From the NCBI GenBank assembly GCA_013265495.1, contig MU057930.1:1814057-1878056 (forward strand): DNA of 64,000 bases, read 5' to 3'. The notes below the pieces were generated by a model. It made no database searches. It was not told where the DNA came from and saw nothing but the letters and a program-made list of their open reading frames with translations. The translations under genes and the position numbers were made by a program. Origin of the DNA: Vicugna vicugna (taxonomy: Eukaryota). Below are positions 25,875 through 37,112 of this stretch, one piece after another; the stretch's first letter is position 1, and each line of letters starts with the position of its first letter.

Positions 25875-26104
25875 CATGGGAACGCCATCTACAGCGTAGA
25901 GACTACAGTGAACGATGCTGTGTCGCATATTTGAAAGTTGCTAAGAGAGCAGATCTTACAAGTCTTCAAAACTCTGTAACTATGTGTGGGGAGGAATGTT
26001 AACCAGACTTATTACAGTGATCACTTTGCAATAGACACAAATATTCTATCATTATGTTGTACACCTGAAACTATTATAACGTGCGTGAATTATAACTTAA
26101 TGTA
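25875..26104 (+). mobile_element. L1 3' end (L1MA-like older subfamily)
   Basis: atatttgaaagttgctaagagagcagatctt...gtgatcactttgcaat...ttatgttgtacacctgaaact. Confidence 0.8.
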
Positions 26105-26204
26105 AAAGAAGAATGAATATACGTCTATGCATGACTGGGACATGGTGCTGGACGCCAGAAATTGACACCTTGTAACTGACTGTACTTCAGTTAAAAAAAG
26201 AAAA
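26105..26204 (+). mobile_element. Younger L1 3' terminus abutting the tail of the preceding L1
   Basis: aatgaatatacgtctatgcatgactgggacatggtgctg...tgtaactgactgtacttcagttaaaaaaag, the same terminus type as 27950-28045 and 32955-33048. Confidence 0.8.
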
Positions 26205-27701
26205 TGTCTGTTTAAAACCCCCAGTCAGTGGCATTTTTGTTACAGGAGCTTGAATGAACTAAGGCCACGAGTATGTAACATACATTCCTGGGAGAGAATT
26301 GCTGGAGAGAAAATTGAGTCTCTTTTGGAATTTGAGTCTTTAATACCGAGTCTTCCAAAAGCCTTCATCCATTCATCCACCCTCTAGCAAAGTGTGAGAA
26401 GGCTCCTTTGACCAAGCCCGCAGATAAATGAATTTAGCTTTGCTACTAAGCTAGGCAAAAGTATAATAAAATCAAGTAAAATAAAATAACATTGATTTGC
26501 CTTTCAATAAACATGAGTGGGTTTTGGCATTTCTGTTGATGAGTTTTAGACAGTTTACGTCCTCAACTATGTGCTTCCTAACAGTTCTGACAGTCATTTA
26601 CAAGACTCCCCTCTATATTTTGGGGTGCTGCTTAATTTCTCAACTTCATTCTCTATTCAGCGTTCTCCTGGGCACAGAGTTTCCATCTCTGACTCACAGC
26701 ACTTCCCTTCCTGCCTGCAACTCACGGTAGGGCAGGCATTTCGCACCAAGTGAGATTTGCAAATCCACGAGACGGGGGAAATGTGCACTCCGGGACCCTA
26801 CGGAAACTCGCCAAAAGTGCCAGCTCAAGCAGTTTCATTTTCTACGTGACATTTGTCACGCGGCACACACGGCCCACTTTAAATTGCACAACTGACCTTT
26901 TTCACAATAGCAGCAAATGCCGAGAGAAAATGCAACGGTCTTCACTTTGTCTCCTAAGCCTCTGGAGAAGCTGTTTCTCACGGTCCGTGGCTAGAAATCT
27001 ATGGCGAGATGGTCAAAGTGCCTGAAAACCAGCCATCAATATCCAACAGTTTTCCATCCGGGGGGACGTCAGACACACGTGTGGCCCTGTGTGTGGGGGG
27101 GAGCTGGTTTTCCTGTGCTTTGATTCAGGAATGGTGCTGCGGGATGCCACCAGGGTTGAACCGCGATTCAAAGGAAATCCACTCTTAATATGGCATTTAT
27201 ACAGGGTAAGCCAAGCAAATCCCTCTACTGCCCATTTTAAGGACAAAATAAGTTTACACTGTGAGGTCACCAAAGAAAGGTTGTGTAAACACTCCAAGGG
27301 ACTAACGCTGGAAATGTAAAAACTAAACTTCCCCTTTCTCTATCCAAGCACCCTAACTACGATTTTCCATTTAGCTTTTTAACTAAAGTAACAATAGATG
27401 TTGGTGAGTTTTGAACATGTTTGATGATAATATAATATATACATATATATTGTATATATATATTATATATATAAATAGTGCTGAGTTCACATAGATAATT
27501 ATTTTAAATTAAGGAACACATCTCTTGACAAATGTAAGGCAGTAGAATTCACATCATGCAATAAAGAAAAAAATTTATATATATACATCCACAGTCATTT
27601 ATATTTGGATATGCTTAATGAAAGAAAAATCATTTAACTTTAAAAGCTGTTCTGATTTAAGAATTAATGAACTAAAAACGAAGTGTTAAGAAGTGCTTCT
27701 G

Positions 27702-27807
27702 ATGCTCACTTCAGCAGCACATATTGTAAAATCGGAGCGATACAGAGATTAGCGCGGCCCCTGAGAGCAAGGATGACATGCAAATTCGTGAAGTGTTCCA
27801 TATTTTT
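27702..27807 (+). pseudogene. RNU6: Full-length U6 snRNA retrocopy (5' part of a U6/L1 chimera)
   Basis: ATGCTCACTTCAGCAGCACATATTGTAAAATCGGAGCGATACAGAGATTAGCGCGGCCCCTGAGAGCAAGGATGACATGCAAATTCGTGAAGTGTTCCATATTTTT aligns end to end with U6, with CpG decay and small indels. Confidence 0.95.
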
Positions 27808-28045
27808 AGGGATAAATTTGGGAGCTTGAGATTCGCAAATGCTAGCCACTGTATATAAAAATAGATATTAAAAAAACCAGATTTCTTCTGTATAGCATAG
27901 AGAACTATATTCAATATCTTGTAAAAACCTTTAGTAAAAAAACAATAAGAAAATGAATATGTATGTATATGCATGACGGGGACATTGTGCTGTACACCAG
28001 AAATGGGCACATTGTAACTGACCATACTTCAATTAAAAAAAAAAA
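27808..28045 (+). mobile_element. L1 3' end fused to U6
   Basis: Starts immediately after the U6 T5 tract. L1 3'UTR (gcatagagaactatattcaatatcttgta...ctgaccatacttcaatt) plus A tail. Confidence 0.9.
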
Positions 28046-28719
28046 GTACCTCTCAATTGTTTGAACTATTTCTTCTTTAAGGATAATAGATTTCTGGTTC
28101 TATGTATTTGGCATGACAATAATTTAACTATTCTTCCAAAATCTTGAAAACATAAAATAGCAAGGATATGAGATCTCAACTGTGAATATTCATGGGATGT
28201 TAAGGAAAACACAACCATTTAAAATTTTAAGTTCTCTTGGAAAACGTATCTTGGCAATCTTCCCCTCCTCCCCAAATGTGTATTCAGTATTTCTTTTGTC
28301 CATTTTGACTTTCCATTCATGAAGCTACAGCATCCATGGAGGCACTGAGATTGTGATTTACTATAAACTGACCGTGAAATGCAACCATCATGATAATTAC
28401 AACAATTACTGCAACATGAAGAATCCCACGGATGGAAATGGTCAAAGATAATCGTTATTCAGTGTCAAGAAATAAGTCATTTTTCTGATAACCGGGAGGA
28501 CAGTGCCCTAAGGTCTCTTTGGATGCTTTATCATCACCAATCAAGTTAAAGGCTTCAATGATTTTCATTCCATGAGGAAACAAAGGAACAGATATCACCT
28601 TACAAAATTAAAGCATGGAGCACGTACCACCACAGGTTCTTCAAATAAACAGGAGCCTCTCTTGTGATAGCAACGAATCCCGTCAGTCCAGGAAACATTC
28701 ATTTTAAATCTAAAAGGGT

Positions 28720-29160
28720 TTAAACCTCATTTACTACCTCAGTTCCCAGAGGAAGTAGATCTCACCTGTCTATGACATTCAAGGGCACACATCATGCTGC
28801 CCAAGTGTGGACCCACCATTCCTCCCCCAGCCCAGGACCATGTACTACATCGTTTTGCTCACAGCCAGCGTAAGAACTGTCCCCCAGCCCCATTTGTCTG
28901 CATGTCTCTGTTTTTCCCACTGGACTCTCTTCCCACGGGCTCACCTACACGTGATTTCAGGCATCAGATCTGAGAACATAACATACGTAGCCTCCTGTCT
29001 GTCCCCACAACTCTTATTTGGCAGATTCACCACACAGTTTATAACACAGTATTTCTTATCAGGCTCTCTGCTTCAGGAGTGCCTTGGTCCGGTTTAGCAC
29101 CAAACTCCCTGCTCCACCCCGTGTCTGGTACCTAGAAAGAGGTGCATAAATGTCTGTTGC
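28720..29160 (+). mobile_element. L2 fragment, degenerate
   Basis: tgtctctgtttttcccactggactct...gtgtctggtacctagaaagaggtgcataaatgtctgttg. Confidence 0.5.
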
Positions 29161-29530
29161 CTTGGCTTTGTTTTATCACAGGAATGAGACAGGAGCTTTA
29201 AAGGACAATAAAAATACCAAACCATCTTCCGGTTATGATCAAAAAGCTTTGCTTATGTAGGTAGAAAGCCAATAAACGACTTTCTCCAAGAATAAAACTG
29301 AGGGAACTGCTCCTTCCCGAAATGCTCACTGCGTGACAATGTTTACGTCACACGGCATCGGGGTCCAGTCCCGTCGGAGACGGTGATGTAACCCATGGCA
29401 ACGCCACGCACACATCTCAGGGAGTTAGTGATGGAGAGGAAAGGCTGTCTGGCTTTACCTTCTGATCAGCGCAGTGGATCACTCCCGTATCGATGGAAAA
29501 TTTGCTGTAACTCCTTTATCTCTCTCTCTC

Positions 29531-29636
29531 TTTTTTTTTTTTGACATGTAGGTAATTGACAATGTTCTGGTAGTTTCTGGTGTACAGCATAGTGAGTGAT
29601 TCAGTGATACCTATATGTATACTTTTTCATATTCTT
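29531..29636 (-). mobile_element. 5'-truncated L1 3' end
   Basis: T12, then gacaatgttctggtagtttctggtgtacagcatagtg...ctttttcatattcttt. Confidence 0.8.
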
Positions 29637-30486
29637 TATCCTATTTCTGATTTCAGTTTCAAAGCTTGCAGTTAGTTGTTTTTTTTCCATTGTATTCTCA
29701 AAAATACAGCAGCACTCAGGTAAAACTGAGACAACCTAAACCATGGCAGGTTCTGTACCATGTTTGGTAATTTTCTGTTAAACAATGTTACCTCCGTAAA
29801 ATAGTGTAAGTGATTCTTTATCACTGTTTATCATTCATATCACAATTTACTACATAACATGCATGAATTACATAGTTAATTATCTACTATACATGCTACA
29901 GTTATTGTTGACATTACCCTACTTAAAATATTTCTGTGGACCGATATTTTTCAATCCGAGGATGCCTGCCATGAAACGAAACAGTATTCAACATTTTATC
30001 ACCATGAAAGTTGGCCAAGGTCCCTCAATCATGACCACTTCTCTGATTTTCCTTTCAAATATGTATCTTGGGAAATGCATCCTATGAGCATTGATTATGT
30101 AAGATTTATATTACATATTTATTTTCTTTGCCACACATACATTAGTCACTGATGAAATCATCTTTAAATCACTATTCCTTGAGTAACATTTTGCACGAAG
30201 CATTACTCTCAGAGGCCACTTGCCCGACAGGCAATAGCTTCTGAAATCATACATCATGAAGTTGCAAGTATCTAGTAACAGACAATGCTCTTCAAATCTT
30301 TGTTTAGACGAGGATTTAGAAACGGAACTCCTCTTTATGGGAACCTCTACTTGAGCCTCTTGTAATGGTCCGGTGTTTTCTATCTTAAGTGTATTCCATC
30401 TTATGAGCTTCCCACGCAAGGAGATGATCTACAGAAACTAAGTGGAGATTCAACATCACTTTCCATTCTCTTTCCCAGAGTCTAAG

Positions 30487-31026
30487 TGTAATAGCAAAGA
30501 ACAATTCTGACTCCATATGAAATCTGTTTCTTTGCCTTTAACCCTGTGCCCTGTTTTCTGGGCTTAGTCTCACTGGCTCTGCACCTTCTGTAGAAGGATG
30601 TTGCCTCGAGCCTGAAATAGACAGAAGAGCGGGTTCTCAAGGCTCTGACCTTTAAGGATATTAACACTGTTGCACTTATATAAAGATAACAAATTGTAGA
30701 ATGGAAAATAACAATTGCTTTGTTGGAGGTTTACAGGGACACCCCTGATCTGACCACACGGACAGCTGCAAGAACAAAGGATTCCAAGAACAAAGAATTC
30801 CTAACCCAAGAAGTTTGCAACAACCAACCACACCCCTTCCCCTTTTTAGTATAAAAGGAGCCTGAATTCTGATTTGAGTAAGATGGTTCTCCAAGACATT
30901 AGTCTGCCATCCTCCCGGTCTGCTGGCTTTCTGAATAAAGTCATTATTCCTTGCCCCAACACCTCAGAGTCTCCCGATTTATTGGCCTGTCGTGCAGCGA
31001 GCAGAACGAGTTTGGACTCGGTAACA
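30487..31026 (+). mobile_element. Solo LTR, ERV1 class (same family as 24712-25161)
   Basis: TGTAATAG...CGGTAACA termini, TSD TAAG/TAAA (1 mismatch), TATAAAA near 30850, AATAAA near 30934. Confidence 0.9.
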
Positions 31027-31235
31027 TAAATACATCATTAACCCCTCTCTGATTTCCTTCCCAAGTATCTCTTAAATGGTTCCATCCACCTCTCTTCATC
31101 TTGGCCGTTCTGGTCAGGGCTACCAGCCCCTCTCTGGATAACAGAGTGACGTGCTGATTCAATGCCCACCCACTCTTCTTGTGGCTCCCAACTCTGAGGA
31201 ACCCATCAAAACCACAGCACTGACCCGGACACACC

Positions 31236-31823
31236 TGCGGGGAGCCACTCATGACCTGAGGACTGCCGAGCACAGAACGGGACAGTAAATCCCAAAGTGC
31301 TGGCGTCAGGCTCTGAGATTGATCTAACAAAGACAATCTCTGTCCCGCCACCCCTTTTCAGGAAAGAATGCACCAGGTGATCTAAAAGCCCTAGGAACAT
31401 CCTGAGCCATTAAGCTACTGATGATCTTTGAACAGAGAGATACAATCAACATACAAGTTAGTGATCTTAGTTTATAGAAACAACAACCTTAGTTAGTGAT
31501 CTTGGTATGTGGGAACATATACCCTAGTTTATGAGTATCATAAACAACATTGATCTATAGAACTATGCACAAGTTAGTGAGTTTAATACACACTGTGTTT
31601 AAACCATAAAACAATACCTGTGCCTACGTGCAAGAATGCACAAGGTAGTCACTTGAATTTGTATAAATTAACTGCCTGAAATAAACTCAAGGTCCATTCT
31701 TGGCTTAGCGTCTTGCGGGCTTAGAGTGAGACCCTCTCAACCCCATCTTTTAGTCTTATCTTTCTTTTCTCAGTCCTGCAGCACAGGTTTCTGGACCTGA
31801 TCGATTGTCAGCTGGCTCCGACA
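31236..31823 (+). mobile_element. Solo LTR, ERV2 (betaretrovirus-like) class
   Basis: Imperfect inverted termini TGCGGGGAGCC...GGCTCCGACA, 6-bp TSD CACACC/CACAAC, TATAAA at 31662 and AATAAA at 31680, and internal AGTTAGTGA repeats in U3. Confidence 0.75.
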
Positions 31824-31829
31824 CACAAC

Positions 31830-32292
31830 CCTGCATAAAGTTCTCCAACAGGGACCTCAATGACTTGGCCACTTTATGTTGTCACCCTCACCTTACGTTC
31901 CTCTTTATTTTTCTGCATTGAAAACGTGCCAGCCCCAAACCCAGGGACAGGAGATCCTCACACTCATTCTTCAGCTCCTCGACTATAGGGCACTCCCACC
32001 TGCCTCAGCTCAAATGCCAGTCAGTCCTCTTCTCACTGATGACACTGGTGTGCTGGTTCATGACCACGACACTCTACATTTCCCCCATGGGGTTGACCAT
32101 GGCATGTCGTTATAAATTCCTTTGGCTATTTTTTTTTTACAATTATTATTGGTTGTGCTTGTACTTCTACTGTAAGTTCCTTGAGGAACAAAGACAGAGC
32201 ATCCTTCTCTTGACCATCTTCCATTCAGACACTGACATTTCACTTCACACAGAGTAACTGCATATAAATGTTTGCAAAATCCATGAATGGAA
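31830..32292 (+). mobile_element. L2 fragment with 3' end (continues 31030-31235, interrupted by an LTR)
   Basis: ctgtaagttccttgaggaacaaagac...gcatataaatgtttgcaaaatccatgaatggaat. Confidence 0.65.
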
Positions 32293-32504
32293 TAAAAACT
32301 ATCTGTACCCAATGAGAGGAAAACATGACATATGAAAATATGACATATGAAGTTAGCACCTCGGATAATCACAAGTAAACTCCTTACAAAAATTCATAAT
32401 TTGGAAACCACTTAATTTCAACCACAAGACAACAGTTTTCCATAATGGTAAGAAAAATATGACCACAGCATTAAAGTTGTAATAAAGACCACAACAGAGA
32501 GAAT

Positions 32505-33048
32505 TCTAATGAGAAAAGGTACATGCACCCCACTGTTCACAGCAGCACTATATACAATAGCCAAGACTTGGAAGCAGCCTAAATGTCCATCGACAGATGA
32601 CTGGATAAAGAAGCTGTGGTGTATTTATACAATGGAATACTACTCTGCCATAAAAAAGAAAAATGCCATTTGCAGCCACATGGATGGACCTGGAGATCAT
32701 TGTTCTAAGTGAAGTAAGCCAGAAAGAGAAAAATACCATAAGATATCACCCATACATGGAATCTAAAAAAAGAAGGGGAAACAATCTTATGGTTACCGGG
32801 GAAAAGGGGTGGGAGAGGACAGATTTGGGAGTGTGAGATTTTCAAATGTTGGCCACTGAGTATAAAAAAGGATTTTTTAAGAAGTTGCTTTGGTAGAGCA
32901 CAGGGAACTATGTTCAATATCTTGTAATAACCTTTAACGGAAAAAAATATGAAAACAAATATATGTAGGTATATGCTTGACTGGGACACAGGGCTGTACA
33001 CCAGAGATGGATACATTGCAATTGACTGTACTTCAGCTTTAAAAAAAA
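32505..33048 (+). mobile_element. 5'-truncated L1 (ORF2 C-terminus, 3'UTR, A tail)
   Basis: Translates TCTPLFTAALYTIAKTWKQPKCPSTDDWIKKLWCIYTMEYYSAIKK, the L1 ORF2 C-terminus, then frameshifts. Confidence 0.95.
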
Positions 33049-34607
33049 TGACTATGTATAAAATCCGATGTAACGTATTAGAAATGACAGTGAATGGCGT
33101 TTGGGTAATGTTCAATCAATGTAAGTAAAGATGAGCAAATGTGAATGCTTACTGAGCTAATCAAAGCTGAATGACTTCCGATTCCCTACATCCTGAGACT
33201 AATTCCCCTTCATCCTGTGTTGTCCACTAGGAGTTTAATGCTTAGCTATGTTGCCTGGGTGAAAAGGAGAGCTTGCTAGTATCTCTACAAGCTCTCATAT
33301 TATCACTGAATTATTCCATAGAGCACAAGGAGACAGCAGGTGTTCAATGAATCACTGCGAAATTGAAAGATACGGGAATTGAGGGATATTTTTATTTAAA
33401 CCGAAGTCGCCTACCAATGGTAACAGAAGTCACATGTCTACAAGTAGCATGTAATTAATTTCTGCTTTTGTCTGCCTCCCCATGTATTCACCCCAGGGGT
33501 ATAAGAAAGAGAAAAGTGGGTGAAGTGTGGGAAACAGGGCTGCCCACCCCCCATCCAAAAATAAAGGGTTGGTGGGGCGGTGGGGGTAGGTTGAACAGCA
33601 TGGGAAACCATCCACACCAACATTTCAGTAAATAAAGGCAGTGAAGAAACAGCGATGTCAAAGAGCCTCCTTTAGAAAGAGTCCAACATGGCAAACTCAG
33701 ACATGCTTGCCGGGAGACCACGGAGGAGACGGAGAAAATGCCTTGGCTTCAGACGTGAGCAAGCAGGAGGCTGACCTCACTTGGCCACTTAACCACCGTG
33801 TGCCCCAAGTTCCTTTTCTGTAAAAGGAAGATAATTAATGAGACCGTGGTGGTCCGTATCAGGCACCATGGGCTTGCAAGTTGGTGAACCAAGGTGACAA
33901 AAGATCTGAGAATAACCTGAACAGGACACAGTAATATTCCCCCAGCCCTACACTAAGATCAGCTCTCCTGGAGCCATGAAGCTGGGATGTGTTCTGCTAA
34001 CCTAATTTTAGTCTTTGCTTTGTAAGTATTTCTCATAATCTTACGGATGAGCTAAACTTTTAGTGTTTGGTCTTCCCATATCCCACTATTGATGCATAAA
34101 TCAATATGTGGATAGAGTATACCATTAATATATGATTATACATTCCATTCAATGTATTTAGATCAAAGCTAAATAAAACTATTTTCATCTTAAGGATTCC
34201 AGTGAGGTACCAGGAATAATGGAGTATAAGGTCATTATCACATACCTGAGATGGGAAATCAGGCAATAATTATAATGCCTTATCTTTATCTTTCGACTTA
34301 TTTTTGCCCTCTTATTTTGATTTTCCCTTATCACAGCCTCATTTTTAGACACGTAAAAGTTGTTGATACAATTCAATGAAGGTGCATACTCATTCCCATA
34401 AAACACCAAGTTTTTGCTGATATTCGAGGGGATATAAAAATAACAATATAATCTTTTTTCCATCAATGGTGGTGAAGATTTTAAGAGTCAATCCAAGAGC
34501 ATCTTTAGGAACTTTGTAAACAAACACCAGCATCTTATAACCTTATAACCTTGAAGTGAGTGAAAGATTTAAAGCAGGGTTTTCGTAATAGATGGTGCAT
34601 TTCTGAG

Positions 34608-34805
34608 CAGGGGCTCATAAACGGGGATGATTTTGACCCACAGAGGAGATGTGACAATATGTGGAGATGTTACTGGTTTTCAAAACTTGAGGTGGGGGTT
34701 CTACTGGGATCTAGTGGGTAGAAGGCAAGGATGGTGATAAAGATTTTCCAATCCACAAATCATACCCAGGCTTACATGTCAGTAGTGCCAAGGCTGAGAA
34801 ATCTA
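34608..34805 (+). mobile_element. MER20 (hAT-Charlie DNA transposon)
   Basis: ggggatgattttgacccacag...ctactgggatctagtgggtaga...atgtcagtagtgccaaggctgagaaa resembles the MER20 consensus. Confidence 0.8.
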
Positions 34806-34914
34806 GTCACAAAGGGAAGACAGAGAGGAGGGAAGGAAGGGAGGGAGGAAGGAAGGATAGAGGGAGGAAAGAAAACCAGCTTGGTATTATGATAGTCTGA
34901 TATATGTAAAAAGA

Positions 34915-35030
34915 CAGATCATTTATTCCTAAAAGTAACTCTGGGAACTAGACATTTTTGTCTCCATTTTACTGCAAGGGCATTAGCAATACCTTAAGAG
35001 GTTAATGACTTGCCCCAGATATCACAGGTT
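34915..35030 (-). mobile_element. MIR fragment
   Basis: tctccattttactgcaagg...agaggttaatgacttgccccagatatcacag. Confidence 0.6.
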
Positions 35031-36109
35031 CCAAGATTCTACCACGGGGAAGCCTTCTGTTTACATAAGGCGAGAATAAGGGGGCATTGACTGGACGTTC
35101 TCAGCTTCACAAGGTCCCCGCTTACGTCCCCCGTCTTCCGTGCCACAAAACGGAACCCTCGTGAAAGGAATACACATTTTCATACATCAACATAGCAGGA
35201 TCTGGTTCTTAAAAATGCCCGTTCCTTACAGAACATTAAAGGGGATTCTGTTCCTGGTCAGGAAGCTGCTCCCAGAAGTTGGGCGTGACTCCACATCAAT
35301 ACTGGATGAGTGTCACCCACACACACGCACAGATGAAGTTACCGTTTGAACGCTGGTTTTCTTCTCATCCTCCTGTTTAGGATTAGTATGCACCATTACA
35401 ACATGCGGCTCTAGTCCTGCCAACTGTATAATGCTGTCAAATCCCTTTCCATGAAACCTATTCTCTCATGGACCTGTGTTATAGAGTGAGACAGTCCAAT
35501 TCTCTCTGGGAAAAAAAAAATGTAATTGGCTTGTAGGAAACAGTATACAGGGACTGGATTTCACAACCGGATAGGATAAACATCACTATTTCCTCCCTCC
35601 CTCCCTTCCTTCCTTCCTTCCTTCCCTTTGTCCCTCTCTTTGTTTCTCCTTCTCTTTCTTTCTTGATATGGTGAAACTTTCTGAAAGGAAAAGCTTCCAC
35701 TTACACCAGCAGCAGATAAAGCAGCACGCTGAGAGACCCCTCTCTATAGTACAGCTGCATCTGGATTAAGACGTATTGGTGGTGAGTTTCCAGGCTTACC
35801 CACCTAAGGGAAATAGCCCAGGTGGATGCTCCCCCACCAGCGTGAGCTAAAGGACACCTGAGTGTCCTCAGTAATGAGAAAACTGGAAAAGGGGATTGGC
35901 CGTGAGAGAGGAGGTCCATGGTTACAGTCATATCAGGGCATGAGAGCAGACACCTGAGGGTAACCAATCAGCAAGACAGGGGACACTCCAGCAAGGTGGA
36001 GACGTTGGACCCCCACGTGGGCTCAAATCTCACACTCCAGTCAGGAGGACGAGCAAACCTGTTTGGGGAAAGGATCCCCAACACCGAGTCCTGAAAGTTC
36101 CCACAGATT

Positions 36110-36560
36110 AAGATCAAGCAAACATGAGCTCACAATCAGAGATCACTGAGCACCAGAGCATGGAGATTTTTAAAGTACTGTATATAAAATGTAAACAGCC
36201 ATGTAAGAAATGTTGAAAGAGATAAAGGATGGAAGATAAACAGAGAAGCGAGATACAGGAAATCGCTGGGAAAGACAACGAACATCTGAAAAATGGCCAT
36301 GTAGGAATTAAACAAGGAGAAATGACAATTGTTGACATAAATAGCAAGCAGTAGACTAGTCAAAGAGAAGACCAGACACAGTAGAAAAGAGAGAGAATGG
36401 AAGATATAGCTTAGAAAGCTTTACAAAACACAGCAGAGACACAGAAATGAACAATAGGACAGTGAAATTTGGGGACATATGTGTGAAGATGAGAATGTGT
36501 AAGATGTATCTATTAGAGTCCCATGAAGAGAAAATGAAATGGAGAAGAGACATATTTGAA
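36110..36560 (+). mobile_element. Ancient L1 ORF1-region fragment
   Basis: A-rich sequence with ORF1-like motifs (gatgtatctattagagtcccatgaagag...atatttgaa). Heavily decayed. Confidence 0.55.
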
Positions 36561-36959
36561 CATTCCCTCAATACTTAGGTAAATATTTAGAGAGTTCTGG
36601 TAAATATATATACACATATATAATAATATTTCATATATTATATATAAAATACACAAGTGAACATGTTTATGTGTTTAATAACTTGCATAAATTGAGCTAC
36701 ATTTCCCAAACTAGACACTTTCTATTATTTATTTATACAGACAAATCCTAGCACTAAAAGGAATTATGTTACTGTATTTTATAATTCTTACATAATGAAA
36801 ATACACTATTGAGAAAATAAAGCCAGTCATGAAAGAATAAAGTACTTTTTTTTAAAATCACCATCCACTGTTTCACCCTAGTCATAAATAACTATGAAAC
36901 ACACTCCAACGTCCTGATTTGAAAGTTACCGAAGTTTATCATTCTAGTTTCAATCAATC

Positions 36960-37112
36960 GATACTCTAATGATGTGCACCACATACAGGGATTTATTCAG
37001 TCCACATTCAGTGTGAGGATGACCCTCAGAGAAGATGGGTTTGTCTTCCCATTTTACAAACACCACCACTGAGACACCAAGAGGTGAAAACCGTTTTTCT
37101 AGAGCCACGTGA
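36960..37112 (-). mobile_element. MIR fragment
   Basis: tcccattttacaaac...actgagacaccaagaggtgaaa...ttctagagccacgtg. Confidence 0.55.

Noticed and set aside
27702..27807. Functional U6 gene
   Set aside because: It has CpG decay, a 3-nt deletion next to the ACAGAGA box, a 2-nt insertion in the internal stem-loop, no evident upstream PSE/TATA, and is fused to L1.
30111..30428. Possible minus-strand coding exon (102-aa ORF after tttctgtAG)
   Set aside because: No recognisable protein similarity or codon signal, so it cannot be supported without a search.
24712..31026. A single provirus bounded by two LTRs
   Set aside because: Each LTR has its own TSD (GAAT/GAAT and TAAG/TAAA) and the outer flanks do not match. 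No PBS follows the first LTR, and the interior holds host sequence, L1s and U6 rather than gag, pol or env.
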